A stretch of DNA of 45,865 nt from Thermoplasmata archaeon (GCA_030037265.1 JASHRQ010000144.1:1-45865); one strand, 5' to 3'; numbered from the stretch's first letter, positions 7,761 through 15,908 are shown. Program-made: numbers and translations. The notes: a model not told the origin generated them from the sequence alone.

Positions 7761-9173
7761 CTACCCGACCGCGCCGGTCATCTCGAGCTGGATGAGCCGG
7801 TTCAGCTCGAGCGCGTAGTCCATCGGGAGCTCCTTCGCGAACTCCGCGAGGAAGCCCATCAGGATGAGGTGGATCGCGTCGCTCTCGGAGAGGCCGCGGC
7901 TCATGAGGTAGAAGATCTGCTCCTCGCCGATCTTCCCGACGACCGCCTCGTGGGTGATCGTCGCGTCCTGTTCGTGGATCTCGTTGTACGGGTACGTGTC
8001 GGACCGGCTGTCGTCGTCCGGCAGGAGCGCGTCGCACCGGACCGCCGCCTTCACACCGGACGCGCCGCGCGCGACGCGCAGGAGCCCGCGGTAGCTCGTC
8101 TGCCCGCCGCGGATGGCGATCGACTTCGAGACGATCTTGCTCGACGTGTCCGGCGCCAGGTGGACCGCCTTCGCGCCGGAGTCGATGACCTGGCCCTGGG
8201 AGGCGAAGGCGACCGACAGGATGTCGGCGCGCGCCCCGCGGCCCTTCAGGTAGACCGAGGGGTACTTCATCGTCACCTTCGAGCCCATGTTCCCGTCGAC
8301 CCACTCGACGAGCGCCGCCTCCTGGGCGACGGCCCGCTTCGTGACGAGGTTGTAGACGTTCTTCGACCAGTTCTGGACGGTCGTGTACCGCACCTTCGCG
8401 TACGGCTCCGCGACGACCTCGACGACCGCGGCGTGGAGCGAGTCGGTCGAGTAGACCGGCGCCGTGCACCCCTCGATGTAGTGCACCTTCGCCCCGCGGT
8501 CGGCGATGATCAGCGTGCGCTCGAACTGCCCCACGTTCCGCGCGTTGATGCGGAAGTACGCCTGGAGCGGGATCCCGGCGTCCACCCCGGGCGGCACGTA
8601 GACGAAGCTCCCGCCGGACCAGACCGCCGAGTTGAGGGCCGAGAACTTGTTGTCGTTGAACGGCACGACGGTCCCGAAGTACTTCCGGACGAGGTCCGGG
8701 TACTCGCGCACCGCGGTGTCGGTGTCGGTGAAGACGACCCCCTTCTTCGCGAGGTCCTCGCGGATCTTGTGGTAGACCGTCCCCGAGTCGTACTGCGCCC
8801 CGACGCCCCCGAAGAACTCGCGCTCGGCCTTCGGGATCCCGAGCCGCTCGAAGGTGTTCTTGATGTCGGCCGGCAGGTCCTCCCACTTCCGCTTCGTCTC
8901 CCCCTCGGCGAGCGGATTGGCGTAGTACGTGTAGCCGTCGAAGTCGATGTCCGAGAGGTCCGGGCCCCAGTCCGGCATCGGCCGGTTCACGAACTCCTCG
9001 TACGCCCGGAGCCGGTAGTCGAGCATCCACTGGGGCTCGCTCTTGAGGCGGGAGATCTGCTCCACGATCTCCCGGGAGAGCCCCTGGGCGGTCCGTACCT
9101 TGTACGTCTCGGGGTTCTTGAAGTCGTAGCGCGTGTAGTCGAGCGGCTGGAACTCCGCGGCGGTCTGCGCCAT
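7761..9173 (-). CDS. sufB: Fe-S cluster assembly scaffold SufB
   Basis: 470 aa with full-length family match by eye: 'FNDNKFSALNSAVWSGGSFVYVPPGV', 'FERTLIIADRGAKVHYIEGCTAP', 'VTMKYPSVYLKGRGARADILSVAF', 'ATITHEAVVGKIGEEQIFYLMSRGLSESDA'. ATG start with a G-rich RBS upstream. Confidence 0.97.
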   Translation of the reverse strand: MAQTAAEFQPLDYTRYDFKNPETYKVRTAQGLSREIVEQISRLKSEPQWMLDYRLRAYEEFVNRPMPDWGPDLSDIDFDGYTYYANPLAEGETKRKWEDLPADIKNTFERLGIPKAEREFFGGVGAQYDSGTVYHKIREDLAKKGVVFTDTDTAVREYPDLVRKYFGTVVPFNDNKFSALNSAVWSGGSFVYVPPGVDAGIPLQAYFRINARNVGQFERTLIIADRGAKVHYIEGCTAPVYSTDSLHAAVVEVVAEPYAKVRYTTVQNWSKNVYNLVTKRAVAQEAALVEWVDGNMGSKVTMKYPSVYLKGRGARADILSVAFASQGQVIDSGAKAVHLAPDTSSKIVSKSIAIRGGQTSYRGLLRVARGASGVKAAVRCDALLPDDDSRSDTYPYNEIHEQDATITHEAVVGKIGEEQIFYLMSRGLSESDAIHLILMGFLAEFAKELPMDYALELNRLIQLEMTGAVG

Positions 9174-9204
9174 GCCGTTCTCCCCCCGGAGAATTCCATC
9201 ACTC

Positions 9205-10503
9205 CTACGTATTTAAACGAGGCGTAGCGGCGGCGCGGACGCCCTTCTGCCGGCGGTGGGAGACGGGGGGTGTCGCGCCTCCCGCGAACAGCGCTCGCGC
9301 CTTCTCCAGAGCGTGGAACAGCTGGTCAACCTCGTCCTCGGTGTTGTACAGGTGGACGCTCCCGCGGGTCAGCGCCGGCACCGCGAGCCGCTCCATGAGC
9401 GGCTGGGCGCAGTGATGCCCCGCCCGCACCGCGACCCCCTCCGCGTCCGCGACCGCGGCCACGTCGTGCGGATGGATGCCGCGGAGCGCGAACGAGAAGA
9501 CGCTCGCATGCCCCTCGGCGAGCGGGGGTCCGTACACCGTGAGATCCGGGCCGAACTCCTCCGCCCGGCGGTACGCGCGCGCGAGCAGCCGACGCTCGTG
9601 CTCCGCCATCGCCTCCCAGCCGACGGCCTCCAGGTAGTCGGCCGCGGCCGCGAGACCCACCGCCCCCGCGACGTTCGGGGTCCCGGCCTCGAAGCGCGCC
9701 GGCGGGTCGCGGAAGGTGACCCGGTCCGGGTGGACCTCGCGGATCATCTCTCCCCCGCCCATGAACGGGGGCAGCGCGTCGAGCCGTTCCCTCCGGCCCC
9801 AGAGGACCCCGATCCCCATCGGGCCGAGCATCTTGTGGCCGGAGAACGCGACGAAGTCGACGCCCAGCCGCTCGACGTCGATCGGCCGGTGGGGCGCCGA
9901 CTGCGCCGCGTCGAGCACCACGACCGCGCCGTGGTCCCGCGCCTCGCGGGCGACCTCCGCGACGGGGTTCACGGTGCCGAGGACGTTCGACACGTGCGCG
10001 AGGGTGACCACCTTCGTTCGGGGGCCCCACGCGCGGGCGTACTGCTCGGTCCTGAGCCGGCCCGCGTCGTCGATGTCGATGAACGTGAGCTCGACCCCGC
10101 GGCGCTCCCGCACGAGCTGCCACGGGACGATGTTCGAGTGGTGCTCCATGATCGTCGGGAGCACCCGGTCGCCCCGCTCGAGCGTCGAGTGGCCGAGCCC
10201 CTGCGCGACCAGATTGAGCCCCTCCGTCGTGCCGCGGACGAACACCACCTCCGACGGGTCGCGCGCGTGCAGGAACCGGGCCATCCGCTCGCGCGCGCCC
10301 TCGTAGGCGTCGGTCGCTTCCTCGGAGAGCGCGTAGACGCCGCGGTGCACGTTCGCGTTGGTCCGCTGGTAGAATCGCCGTTCGGCCTCGAGGACCGGCC
10401 GCGGCTTCTGCGACGTCGCGGCGGAGTCGAGGTACGCGAAGGGCCGGCCGTGGAACGTCCGGTCGAGGATCGGGAAGTCCTTCCGGATCCGGTCCACGTC
10501 CAT
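9205..10503 (-). CDS. sufS: Cysteine desulfurase SufS (class V aminotransferase, group II)
   Basis: Real start is the internal ATG 'MDVDRIRKDFPIL...' (residue 163 of track ORF 9205..10989). Motifs: 'AYLDSAATSQKP', 'HHSNIVPW', PLP lysine 'FSGHKMLGPMGIG', active-site 'RAGHHCAQPL'. The upstream part of the track ORF is Arg/Gly junk overlapping sufC. Confidence 0.95.
   Translation of the reverse strand: MDVDRIRKDFPILDRTFHGRPFAYLDSAATSQKPRPVLEAERRFYQRTNANVHRGVYALSEEATDAYEGARERMARFLHARDPSEVVFVRGTTEGLNLVAQGLGHSTLERGDRVLPTIMEHHSNIVPWQLVRERRGVELTFIDIDDAGRLRTEQYARAWGPRTKVVTLAHVSNVLGTVNPVAEVAREARDHGAVVVLDAAQSAPHRPIDVERLGVDFVAFSGHKMLGPMGIGVLWGRRERLDALPPFMGGGEMIREVHPDRVTFRDPPARFEAGTPNVAGAVGLAAAADYLEAVGWEAMAEHERRLLARAYRRAEEFGPDLTVYGPPLAEGHASVFSFALRGIHPHDVAAVADAEGVAVRAGHHCAQPLMERLAVPALTRGSVHLYNTEDEVDQLFHALEKARALFAGGATPPVSHRRQKGVRAAATPRLNT
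9209..9218 (-). promoter_or_regulatory. TATA-like box for sufB inside the 3' tail of sufS
   Basis: Minus-strand 'GTTTAAATAC' about 41 nt upstream of the sufB ATG (9173). A GGGGGGAG RBS lies in the predicted short leader. Confidence 0.35.
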
Positions 10504-10535
10504 CGGTCGGTCCCGGTCTCCCGCTCCCGCCCGGC

Positions 10536-11312
10536 TCAGGCCGACGTCGTCGGCTTCACCCAGTCGTAGCCGCGGGACTCGAGCTCGACGGCGAGCTCCT
10601 TGCCTCCGGAGAGCGCGACGACTCCGTCGACCATCACGTGGACCCGGTCGAGCGGGACGTACTTGAGGATCCGCTGGTAGTGCGTGATCACGACGATCCC
10701 CATGTCGGGGTTCGCCTTCGCGACCTTCGCGACCGTCTCGCCGACCGCCTTCACCGCGTCGATGTCGAGCCCGGAGTCCGGCTCGTCGAGGATCGGGAAG
10801 ACGGGCCGGAGCGTCGCCATCTGGAGGATCTCGGACCGCTTCTTCTCGCCGCCCGAGAACCCCTCGTTGAGCGAGCGCTTGAGGAACGACGCATCCATCG
10901 ACAGCGCGGAGAGGCCCTCCTGCACCGCCCGGTCGAAATCGGCGGTGTCGACGTCCGGGCCCGGGTGGCGCTGCGCGTAGGCGGTCCACAGGAACTTCGC
11001 CATCGACAGCCCGGACACTTCCTGCGGGTACTGGAAGCCCAGGTAGATCCCGAGCCGGGCGCGCTTGTCGACGGTGAGCGGCAGGATGTCCTGCCCGTCG
11101 AACAGCACCTTCCCGGAGGTCACCTTGTACTTCGGGTGGCCCATGATGCAGTAGCCGAGCGTCGTCTTGCCCGAGCCGTTCGGGCCCATGATCGCCGACA
11201 GCTCGCCGGAGCGGAACTCGAGCGAGACGCCCTTCAGGATCTCCTTGCCCCCGACCTCGGCGTGCAGGTCTCGGACCGCCAGGGTGTGCGGGGTCGGCGG
11301 CGGAGTCGACAT
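10536..11312 (-). CDS. sufC: Fe-S assembly ATPase SufC
   Basis: Internal ATG 'MSTPPPTPHTLAVRDLHAEV...' (residue 71 of track ORF). Walker A 'GPNGSGKTT', signature 'FSGGEKKRSEILQ', Walker B 'ILDEPDSGLDIDA', 'VITHYQRIL'. Confidence 0.95.
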   Translation of the reverse strand: MSTPPPTPHTLAVRDLHAEVGGKEILKGVSLEFRSGELSAIMGPNGSGKTTLGYCIMGHPKYKVTSGKVLFDGQDILPLTVDKRARLGIYLGFQYPQEVSGLSMAKFLWTAYAQRHPGPDVDTADFDRAVQEGLSALSMDASFLKRSLNEGFSGGEKKRSEILQMATLRPVFPILDEPDSGLDIDAVKAVGETVAKVAKANPDMGIVVITHYQRILKYVPLDRVHVMVDGVVALSGGKELAVELESRGYDWVKPTTSA

Positions 11313-11415
11313 CGCTCGTTCCGAACGGAGCGATGGGGGGTCCCTATTAAAGCATATTGCGGTGAGTAAATCAGGAAAGGAGATATAGCGCGCGAACGAT
11401 GGACCGGCGCGGTCG
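11313..11415. promoter_or_regulatory. Divergent control region between sufC and the wHTH regulator gene
   Basis: 103-bp spacer with two opposed A/T-rich boxes in GC-rich DNA. Minus-strand 'GCTTTAATAG' (11344-11353) lies about 36 nt from the sufC ATG. Plus-strand 'AGATATAG' (11381-11388) lies about 31 nt from ATG 11416. Confidence 0.5.
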
Positions 11416-12063
11416 ATGAGCGCCGGCGACCTCGTGCTGTCCGAGGGAACTCGGGGAAAGATCCTGGAACGGCTCGCCTCCGCTCCGCGTACCGCCCGCG
11501 ACCTCGCGGAGAACCTCGGCATCCAGGAGAGCGCGGTCCGGGGGCACCTCGACCGGCTCGAGGACCGGGGACTCGTCCATCCGACGTTCTACCGCGAGGG
11601 CGTGGGCCGGCCGAAGAAGCGCTACGCCCTCACGTCGCAGGGCTTCGACCTGTTCCCCCGTCGCTACGAGTTCCTGCTCGACGCGGTGATGGAGGAGCTC
11701 CTGTCGCGCGAGGGCGAGGGGTACACCTCGGCGCTGTTCGCCGAGGCCGCGCGTCGGATGGCCGGGCAGATCGCGAGCCGGATCCCCGCGAGCCTCCCGC
11801 GCGAGGCGCGGGCGCGCGCCGTCGCGGACGCGCTGAACCAGCTCGGATTCCGCACCGAGGTGGAGACGACGCCCACCGGGGAGATGCGGATCGTCCGGAC
11901 GAACTGCGTCTTCCGCCACAACGCGCTCACGCACGCCTACCTGCTCTGCGAGGTGTTCGACAAGTACCTCACCGAGGGGATCGTCGGCCAGTCCGGGTTG
12001 CAGCTCGAGGAGTCGATCACCCGCGGCGGGCTCAAGTGCACGCATCTGATCCAGCTCCACTGA
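11416..12063 (+). CDS. ArsR-like winged-HTH regulator with Cys-bearing C-terminal sensor domain (SufR-like by context)
   Basis: 215 aa. wHTH 'RGKILERLASAPRTARDLAENLGIQESAVRGHLDRLEDRGLV'. C-terminal domain carries Cys-x13-Cys-x29-Cys-x-His ('TNCVFRHNALTHAYLLCEVF...GGLKCTH'). Divergent from sufCSB. Confidence 0.8.
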   Translation: MSAGDLVLSEGTRGKILERLASAPRTARDLAENLGIQESAVRGHLDRLEDRGLVHPTFYREGVGRPKKRYALTSQGFDLFPRRYEFLLDAVMEELLSREGEGYTSALFAEAARRMAGQIASRIPASLPREARARAVADALNQLGFRTEVETTPTGEMRIVRTNCVFRHNALTHAYLLCEVFDKYLTEGIVGQSGLQLEESITRGGLKCTHLIQLH

Positions 12064-13016
12064 CCGCCGGGGGGGACCGAGCCTCGGGGGCCGTGCGTCC
12101 CGAGACGGTGCTCGACGCGCTCGTCCAGCGCGTCGGCCACACCCCGCTCGTGCCGCTCGCCCGCGTCGGACGGGGGCTGCCGCCCGGCGTCGGGCTCTGG
12201 GCGAAGGCCGAGTTCCTGAACCCGACCGGGTCCGTGAAGGACCGGGCGGCGCTCGCGATCGTGCGCTCGGCGCTCGAGGCCGGCGCGCTGGACGGCGGCC
12301 GCACGCTGCTCGACGCGTCGAGCGGCAACACCGGCATCTCGTACGCGTGGCTTGGCGCCCGGCTCGGGTTCCCGGTCGAGGTCTGCCTCCCGAGCAACGC
12401 GAGCCCGGGACGGATCCGGCGGCTCCGCGCGTACGGCGCGACGGTCGTCTTCACCGACCCGACGGAGGGGACCGACGGGGCGCAGCGGGAGGCGCGCCGC
12501 CGGGCGGAGTCGGCCCCGACGCGGTACTACTACGCCGATCAGTACCACCATCCGGCGAACCCCGGGGCGCACTTCACCGGCACCGGCCCCGAGGTCTGGG
12601 CCGAGGTCGGGGATCGACTGACGCATTTCGTCGCCGGCGTCGGCACCGGCGGGACGCTCACCGGCACCGGCCGGTTCCTGAAGCAGGTCTCGCCCGCCGT
12701 CCGGGTGGTCGGCGTCGAACCGGACGGCCCGTTGCACGGGCTCGAGGGGCTGAAGCACCTCCCGTCGTCGCAGCGCCCGGGGACGTACGACCCGTCGGTC
12801 GTCGACGAGACCGTGCGGGTCCCGACGGAGCGGGCCCAGGTCATGGCCCTCCGGCTGGCCCGGGAGGAGGGGCTCCTCGTGGGGACCTCGGCCGGCGCCG
12901 CGGTCGTCGGCGCGCTCGAGGTCGCGTCGCGGACGGCCGGCCCCGCCGTCCTCGTCACGGTCCTTCCGGACGGCGGCGACCGGTACCTCTCGGACGCCTA
13001 CTGGGCCGCGGTATGA
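12036..13016 (+). CDS. cysM: CysM-type cysteine synthase (PLP-dependent, sulfur-carrier/O-phosphoserine type by context)
   Basis: PLP lysine 'NPTGSVKDRAAL', 'SSGNTGIS', 'GVGTGGTLTG'. The track start GTG 12036 overlaps the regulator gene. The low-GC3 first codons suggest the true start is GTG 12093 or 12108 ('VLDALVQRVGHTPLVPL'). Confidence 0.9.
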   Translation: MHASDPAPLTAGGDRASGAVRPETVLDALVQRVGHTPLVPLARVGRGLPPGVGLWAKAEFLNPTGSVKDRAALAIVRSALEAGALDGGRTLLDASSGNTGISYAWLGARLGFPVEVCLPSNASPGRIRRLRAYGATVVFTDPTEGTDGAQREARRRAESAPTRYYYADQYHHPANPGAHFTGTGPEVWAEVGDRLTHFVAGVGTGGTLTGTGRFLKQVSPAVRVVGVEPDGPLHGLEGLKHLPSSQRPGTYDPSVVDETVRVPTERAQVMALRLAREEGLLVGTSAGAAVVGALEVASRTAGPAVLVTVLPDGGDRYLSDAYWAAV

Positions 13017-13471
13017 CCGACGTGGAGCTCGGCGCCGGGCTCGCGGAGGAGGTCCGCCGGCACGGCGAGCGGGCGTACCCCGAGGAGGCGTGCGGCTTCC
13101 TCGTCGGGGAGGCCGCGAGCGCGTCCGGAACCGCCCGACGACGCATCGTGCGCGTCGAGTCGATGGAGAACCGCGTCGGCGACCAGCGGACCCGGCGGTT
13201 CGTCATCCCTCCCGACGAGGTCCGACGGTTCGAGCGCTCGCTCGAAGGCAGCCACGAGCTCCTGGTCGGCTTCTACCACTCGCACCCGGACCACCCGGCG
13301 GTCCCCTCGCAGTTCGACCAGGAGCACGCCTGGCCGTGGTACACCTACCTCGTCCTCTCGGTCGCGCACGGGAGGGCCGACGAGCTCGGCGCCTTCGAGC
13401 TCGACCCCGATGAGCGACGCTTCCGCCCCGTGGAGTGCACGGTCGACGCGCCCCCGCTCCCGCGGGAGTGA
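13013..13471 (+). CDS. mec: JAMM/MPN+ metallopeptidase (Mec-like)
   Basis: 152 aa from the internal ATG of track ORF 12347..13471. The ATGA overlaps the cysM stop (13013-13016). Catalytic Glu 'EEACGFLVGE' and an intact 'HSHPDHPAVPSQFD' (HxHx7Sx2D). Confidence 0.85.
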   Translation: MTDVELGAGLAEEVRRHGERAYPEEACGFLVGEAASASGTARRRIVRVESMENRVGDQRTRRFVIPPDEVRRFERSLEGSHELLVGFYHSHPDHPAVPSQFDQEHAWPWYTYLVLSVAHGRADELGAFELDPDERRFRPVECTVDAPPLPRE

Positions 13472-13515
13472 AGGGGGGGTAACCGAGGGAGTAATACCGC
13501 ACCCCCGTGAGCGCC

Positions 13516-15009
13516 ATGATGGCTACCGTCCCGGTCCGCATCCCGACCCCGCTCCGCTCGTTCGTGGGCGGGGCCGCGGTCGCCGAGGTGGAGGCGACGA
13601 CGCTCGGGGGCGCCCTGCGCGCGCTCGTCGCGCGGCACGGGGCGCTCGAGAAGCACCTCTACTCCGCCGACGGCACGCTCCGGAACTTCGTGAACGTCTA
13701 CGTGAACGACGAGGACATGCGCCAGCTCGACGGCCCGGCGACGCCGCTGCGGGCCGGCGACACCGTCACGATCGTCCCCGCGATCGCGGGCGGGTCGCCC
13801 GGCCCGTCGGCGGCGGCCCCCGCGCGACCGGCCGCGGTCGGTCCGGCGGTCGGAGGGGACGGAGAGCCTCGCCTCACGCCGGACCAGCTCCGTCGCTACA
13901 GCCGCCACCTGCTCCTGCCGGAGATCGGGGTCGAGGGGCAGAAGAAGCTCCGGGCCGCGAAGGTCCTCCTGGTCGGCGCCGGGGGGCTCGGCGCCCCGGC
14001 GGCGCTGTACCTCGCCGCGGCGGGGGTAGGCGAGCTGGGGCTGGTCGATTTCGACGTCGTCGAAGCATCGAACCTCCAGCGCCAGGTGCTGTTCAGCACG
14101 GCCGACATCGGGCGGCCGAAGCTCGACGCCGCCCGCGACCGGCTGACCGGCCTCAACCCGGACGTCGTCGTGCGGCCGTTCCCGCACCGGCTCACCGGTG
14201 ACAACGCGCTCGAGGTCCTGCGTCCGTACGACGTGGTCGTCGACGGGACGGACAACTTCCCCACCCGGTACCTCGTGAACGACGCCTCGGTGCTCCTCGG
14301 GAAGCCGAACGTCTACGGCTCGATCTACCGGTTCGAGGGCCAGGCGAGCGTCTTCGACGCGCGCCGGGGGCCGTGCTACCGGTGCCTGTATCCGGAGCCT
14401 CCGCCGCCCGGCCTCGTGCCGTCGTGCGCGGAGGGCGGCGTGCTCGGAGTGCTGCCGGGGCTCATCGGGACCCTCCAGGCGATCGAGACCGTGAAGCTCC
14501 TCACGGGCGCCGGGGAACCGCTGTACGGGCGGCTCCTCCTGTTCGACGCGCTCGCGATGCGGTTCCGCGAGCTGCGCCTCCAAAAGAACCCGGACTGCGT
14601 CCTGTGCGGCCCGCACGCGACGCAGCACGGCCTCATCGACTATCCGGCGTTTTGCGGCGTCGGGGCCGAGCCGGAGGCCCCGGCGGCGGGGCTGCCGACC
14701 ATCTCGCCGACGGAGCTCGCGGCACGGCTCGCCGCCGACGACCCGCCGTTCGTGCTGGACGTCCGCGAGCCGAACGAGTGGGAGATCGGCCGGATCCCCG
14801 GCGCGACGCTCATCCCGCTCGGCGAGCTGCCGAACCGGCTGACCGAGCTCACCCGCGCCCGGGAGGTGGTCGTGTACTGCCGGACCGGCGGCCGGTCGCG
14901 TCGGGCCGTCCAGCTGCTGCTCGACCTGGGGTTCACCCGCGTCGAGAACCTGGAGGGCGGTCTCCACGCCTGGTCGGACCAGGTCGACCCGAGGATCCCG
15001 AAGTATTAG
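13516..15009 (+). CDS. Fusion protein: CysO/MoaD-like ubiquitin-fold sulfur carrier + MoeB/ThiF E1 adenylyltransferase + rhodanese (MoeZ-like)
   Basis: Single uninterrupted frame (track 13507..15009; ATG at 13516/13519 is the likelier start). Carrier domain: 'VPVRIPTPLRSFVGG...FVNVYVNDEDMR...GDTVTIVPAIAGG'. Ala/Pro/Gly linker. E1 domain: 'RYSRHLLLPEIG', 'VLLVGAGGLGAPAALYLAAAGVG', 'CYRC'/'CVLCG', 'PSCAEGGVLG'. Rhodanese loop: 'VVYCRTGGRS'. Confidence 0.85.
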   Translation: MMATVPVRIPTPLRSFVGGAAVAEVEATTLGGALRALVARHGALEKHLYSADGTLRNFVNVYVNDEDMRQLDGPATPLRAGDTVTIVPAIAGGSPGPSAAAPARPAAVGPAVGGDGEPRLTPDQLRRYSRHLLLPEIGVEGQKKLRAAKVLLVGAGGLGAPAALYLAAAGVGELGLVDFDVVEASNLQRQVLFSTADIGRPKLDAARDRLTGLNPDVVVRPFPHRLTGDNALEVLRPYDVVVDGTDNFPTRYLVNDASVLLGKPNVYGSIYRFEGQASVFDARRGPCYRCLYPEPPPPGLVPSCAEGGVLGVLPGLIGTLQAIETVKLLTGAGEPLYGRLLLFDALAMRFRELRLQKNPDCVLCGPHATQHGLIDYPAFCGVGAEPEAPAAGLPTISPTELAARLAADDPPFVLDVREPNEWEIGRIPGATLIPLGELPNRLTELTRAREVVVYCRTGGRSRRAVQLLLDLGFTRVENLEGGLHAWSDQVDPRIPKY

Positions 15010-15167
15010 CCGGGTCGCGGCCCGGCTCCTCAGGACCCCCGGCCATCGGGGCGTCCGAACGGTCGGCGCGGACCGACCGGCGCTTCGGCCGCTGCCGCCG
15101 GGGACCGCCGGATCCGCGCGGGCGCGGGCCGCGGGACCCGGGCGGGCGTTGCGGCGCCAACCATAGG

Positions 15168-15177
15168 TTCATTATCG
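15168..15177 (+). promoter_or_regulatory. TATA-like box, leaderless spacing to ATG 15197
   Basis: 'TTCATTATCG' is the only A/T-rich patch in a 187-nt GC-rich spacer. It is centred about 25 nt upstream of the ATG. Confidence 0.4.
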
Positions 15178-15196
15178 ATGAGCCGGTTCGCGGGCC

Positions 15197-15907
15197 ATGC
15201 GCCGGTCGCGGCCGTACCGGGCCCGGTTTCCCGACGTGGGCCGACGCCTTTCCCGGGCGTCCGCGGCCCTCGCCGTGGCGTTCCTGCTCCTGCCGTTCGC
15301 GACGACGGCGGCCGCCGAGGCGGCCCCCGCGCCCGTGACGCCCGCGCTCGCGGCGAGCAGCTCCTCGCTCGCCGGCGCGCTCTACTGGAACGGCAAGGAC
15401 GCCGCCACGGCCGGCTCGCCGGGCACGGCGTTCTCCTGGTCGTTCGCCAACGTGGCGACCGTGAAGTTCGACTGGACCTCGCTCCCGGGCGTCAGCGTCT
15501 CGGGGATCTCCCAGGCGGACCTGTACGTGCTGCTGCTCGGCATCCCCGTCTACACGAAGACCCAGGTCGAGTCGACCCCGCTCTCCGCGCTGGCGGGTTC
15601 GATCACCATGACGTACGACCTGACCCAGTACCGCTGGTTCGTCCAAGGGCTGTACGAGCTCAAGGGAGCGCTGGAGGACCCGAACGGCAGCGTCGTCTGG
15701 AGCGAGACGTTCTACGTCCGCGCCACCGTTCCGTTCGACGTCACCGTCGCGACGGTCGCGTTGCTGCTCATCGTCGTGGCCGAGCTGTACATGATCGTGA
15801 CCGTCGGCCCGCGGGCCGCCGACAAGACCCGAGCCCAGGCGATGAAGAGCGCCTCGACCGGCGCCGAACCGCCCCCGCCGTCGCCCCCGCCGTCGGGAGG
15901 GTCGTGA
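15197..15907 (+). CDS. Secreted, C-terminally membrane-anchored hypothetical protein
   Basis: 236 aa. Signal 'GRRLSRASAALAVAFLLLPFATTAAAEA'. Beta-rich ectodomain. TM 'VATVALLLIVVAELYMIVTV'. Cytoplasmic tail ending 'GAEPPPPSPPPSGGS'. Confidence 0.65.
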   Translation: MRRSRPYRARFPDVGRRLSRASAALAVAFLLLPFATTAAAEAAPAPVTPALAASSSSLAGALYWNGKDAATAGSPGTAFSWSFANVATVKFDWTSLPGVSVSGISQADLYVLLLGIPVYTKTQVESTPLSALAGSITMTYDLTQYRWFVQGLYELKGALEDPNGSVVWSETFYVRATVPFDVTVATVALLLIVVAELYMIVTVGPRAADKTRAQAMKSASTGAEPPPPSPPPSGGS

Positions 15908-15908
15908 G

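Noticed and set aside
9205-11522. Long N-terminal extensions in the track for sufS (to 10989) and sufC (to 11522). The same applies to the permease (to 21625), htrA (to 27427), DUF1684 (from 30024), JAMM (from 12347) and the zinc ribbon (to 41081).
   Set aside because: The extensions are junk-composition and overlap neighbouring real genes. Internal ATG/GTG starts coincide with family N-termini, RBS or TATA spacing, or ATGA/GTGA coupling.
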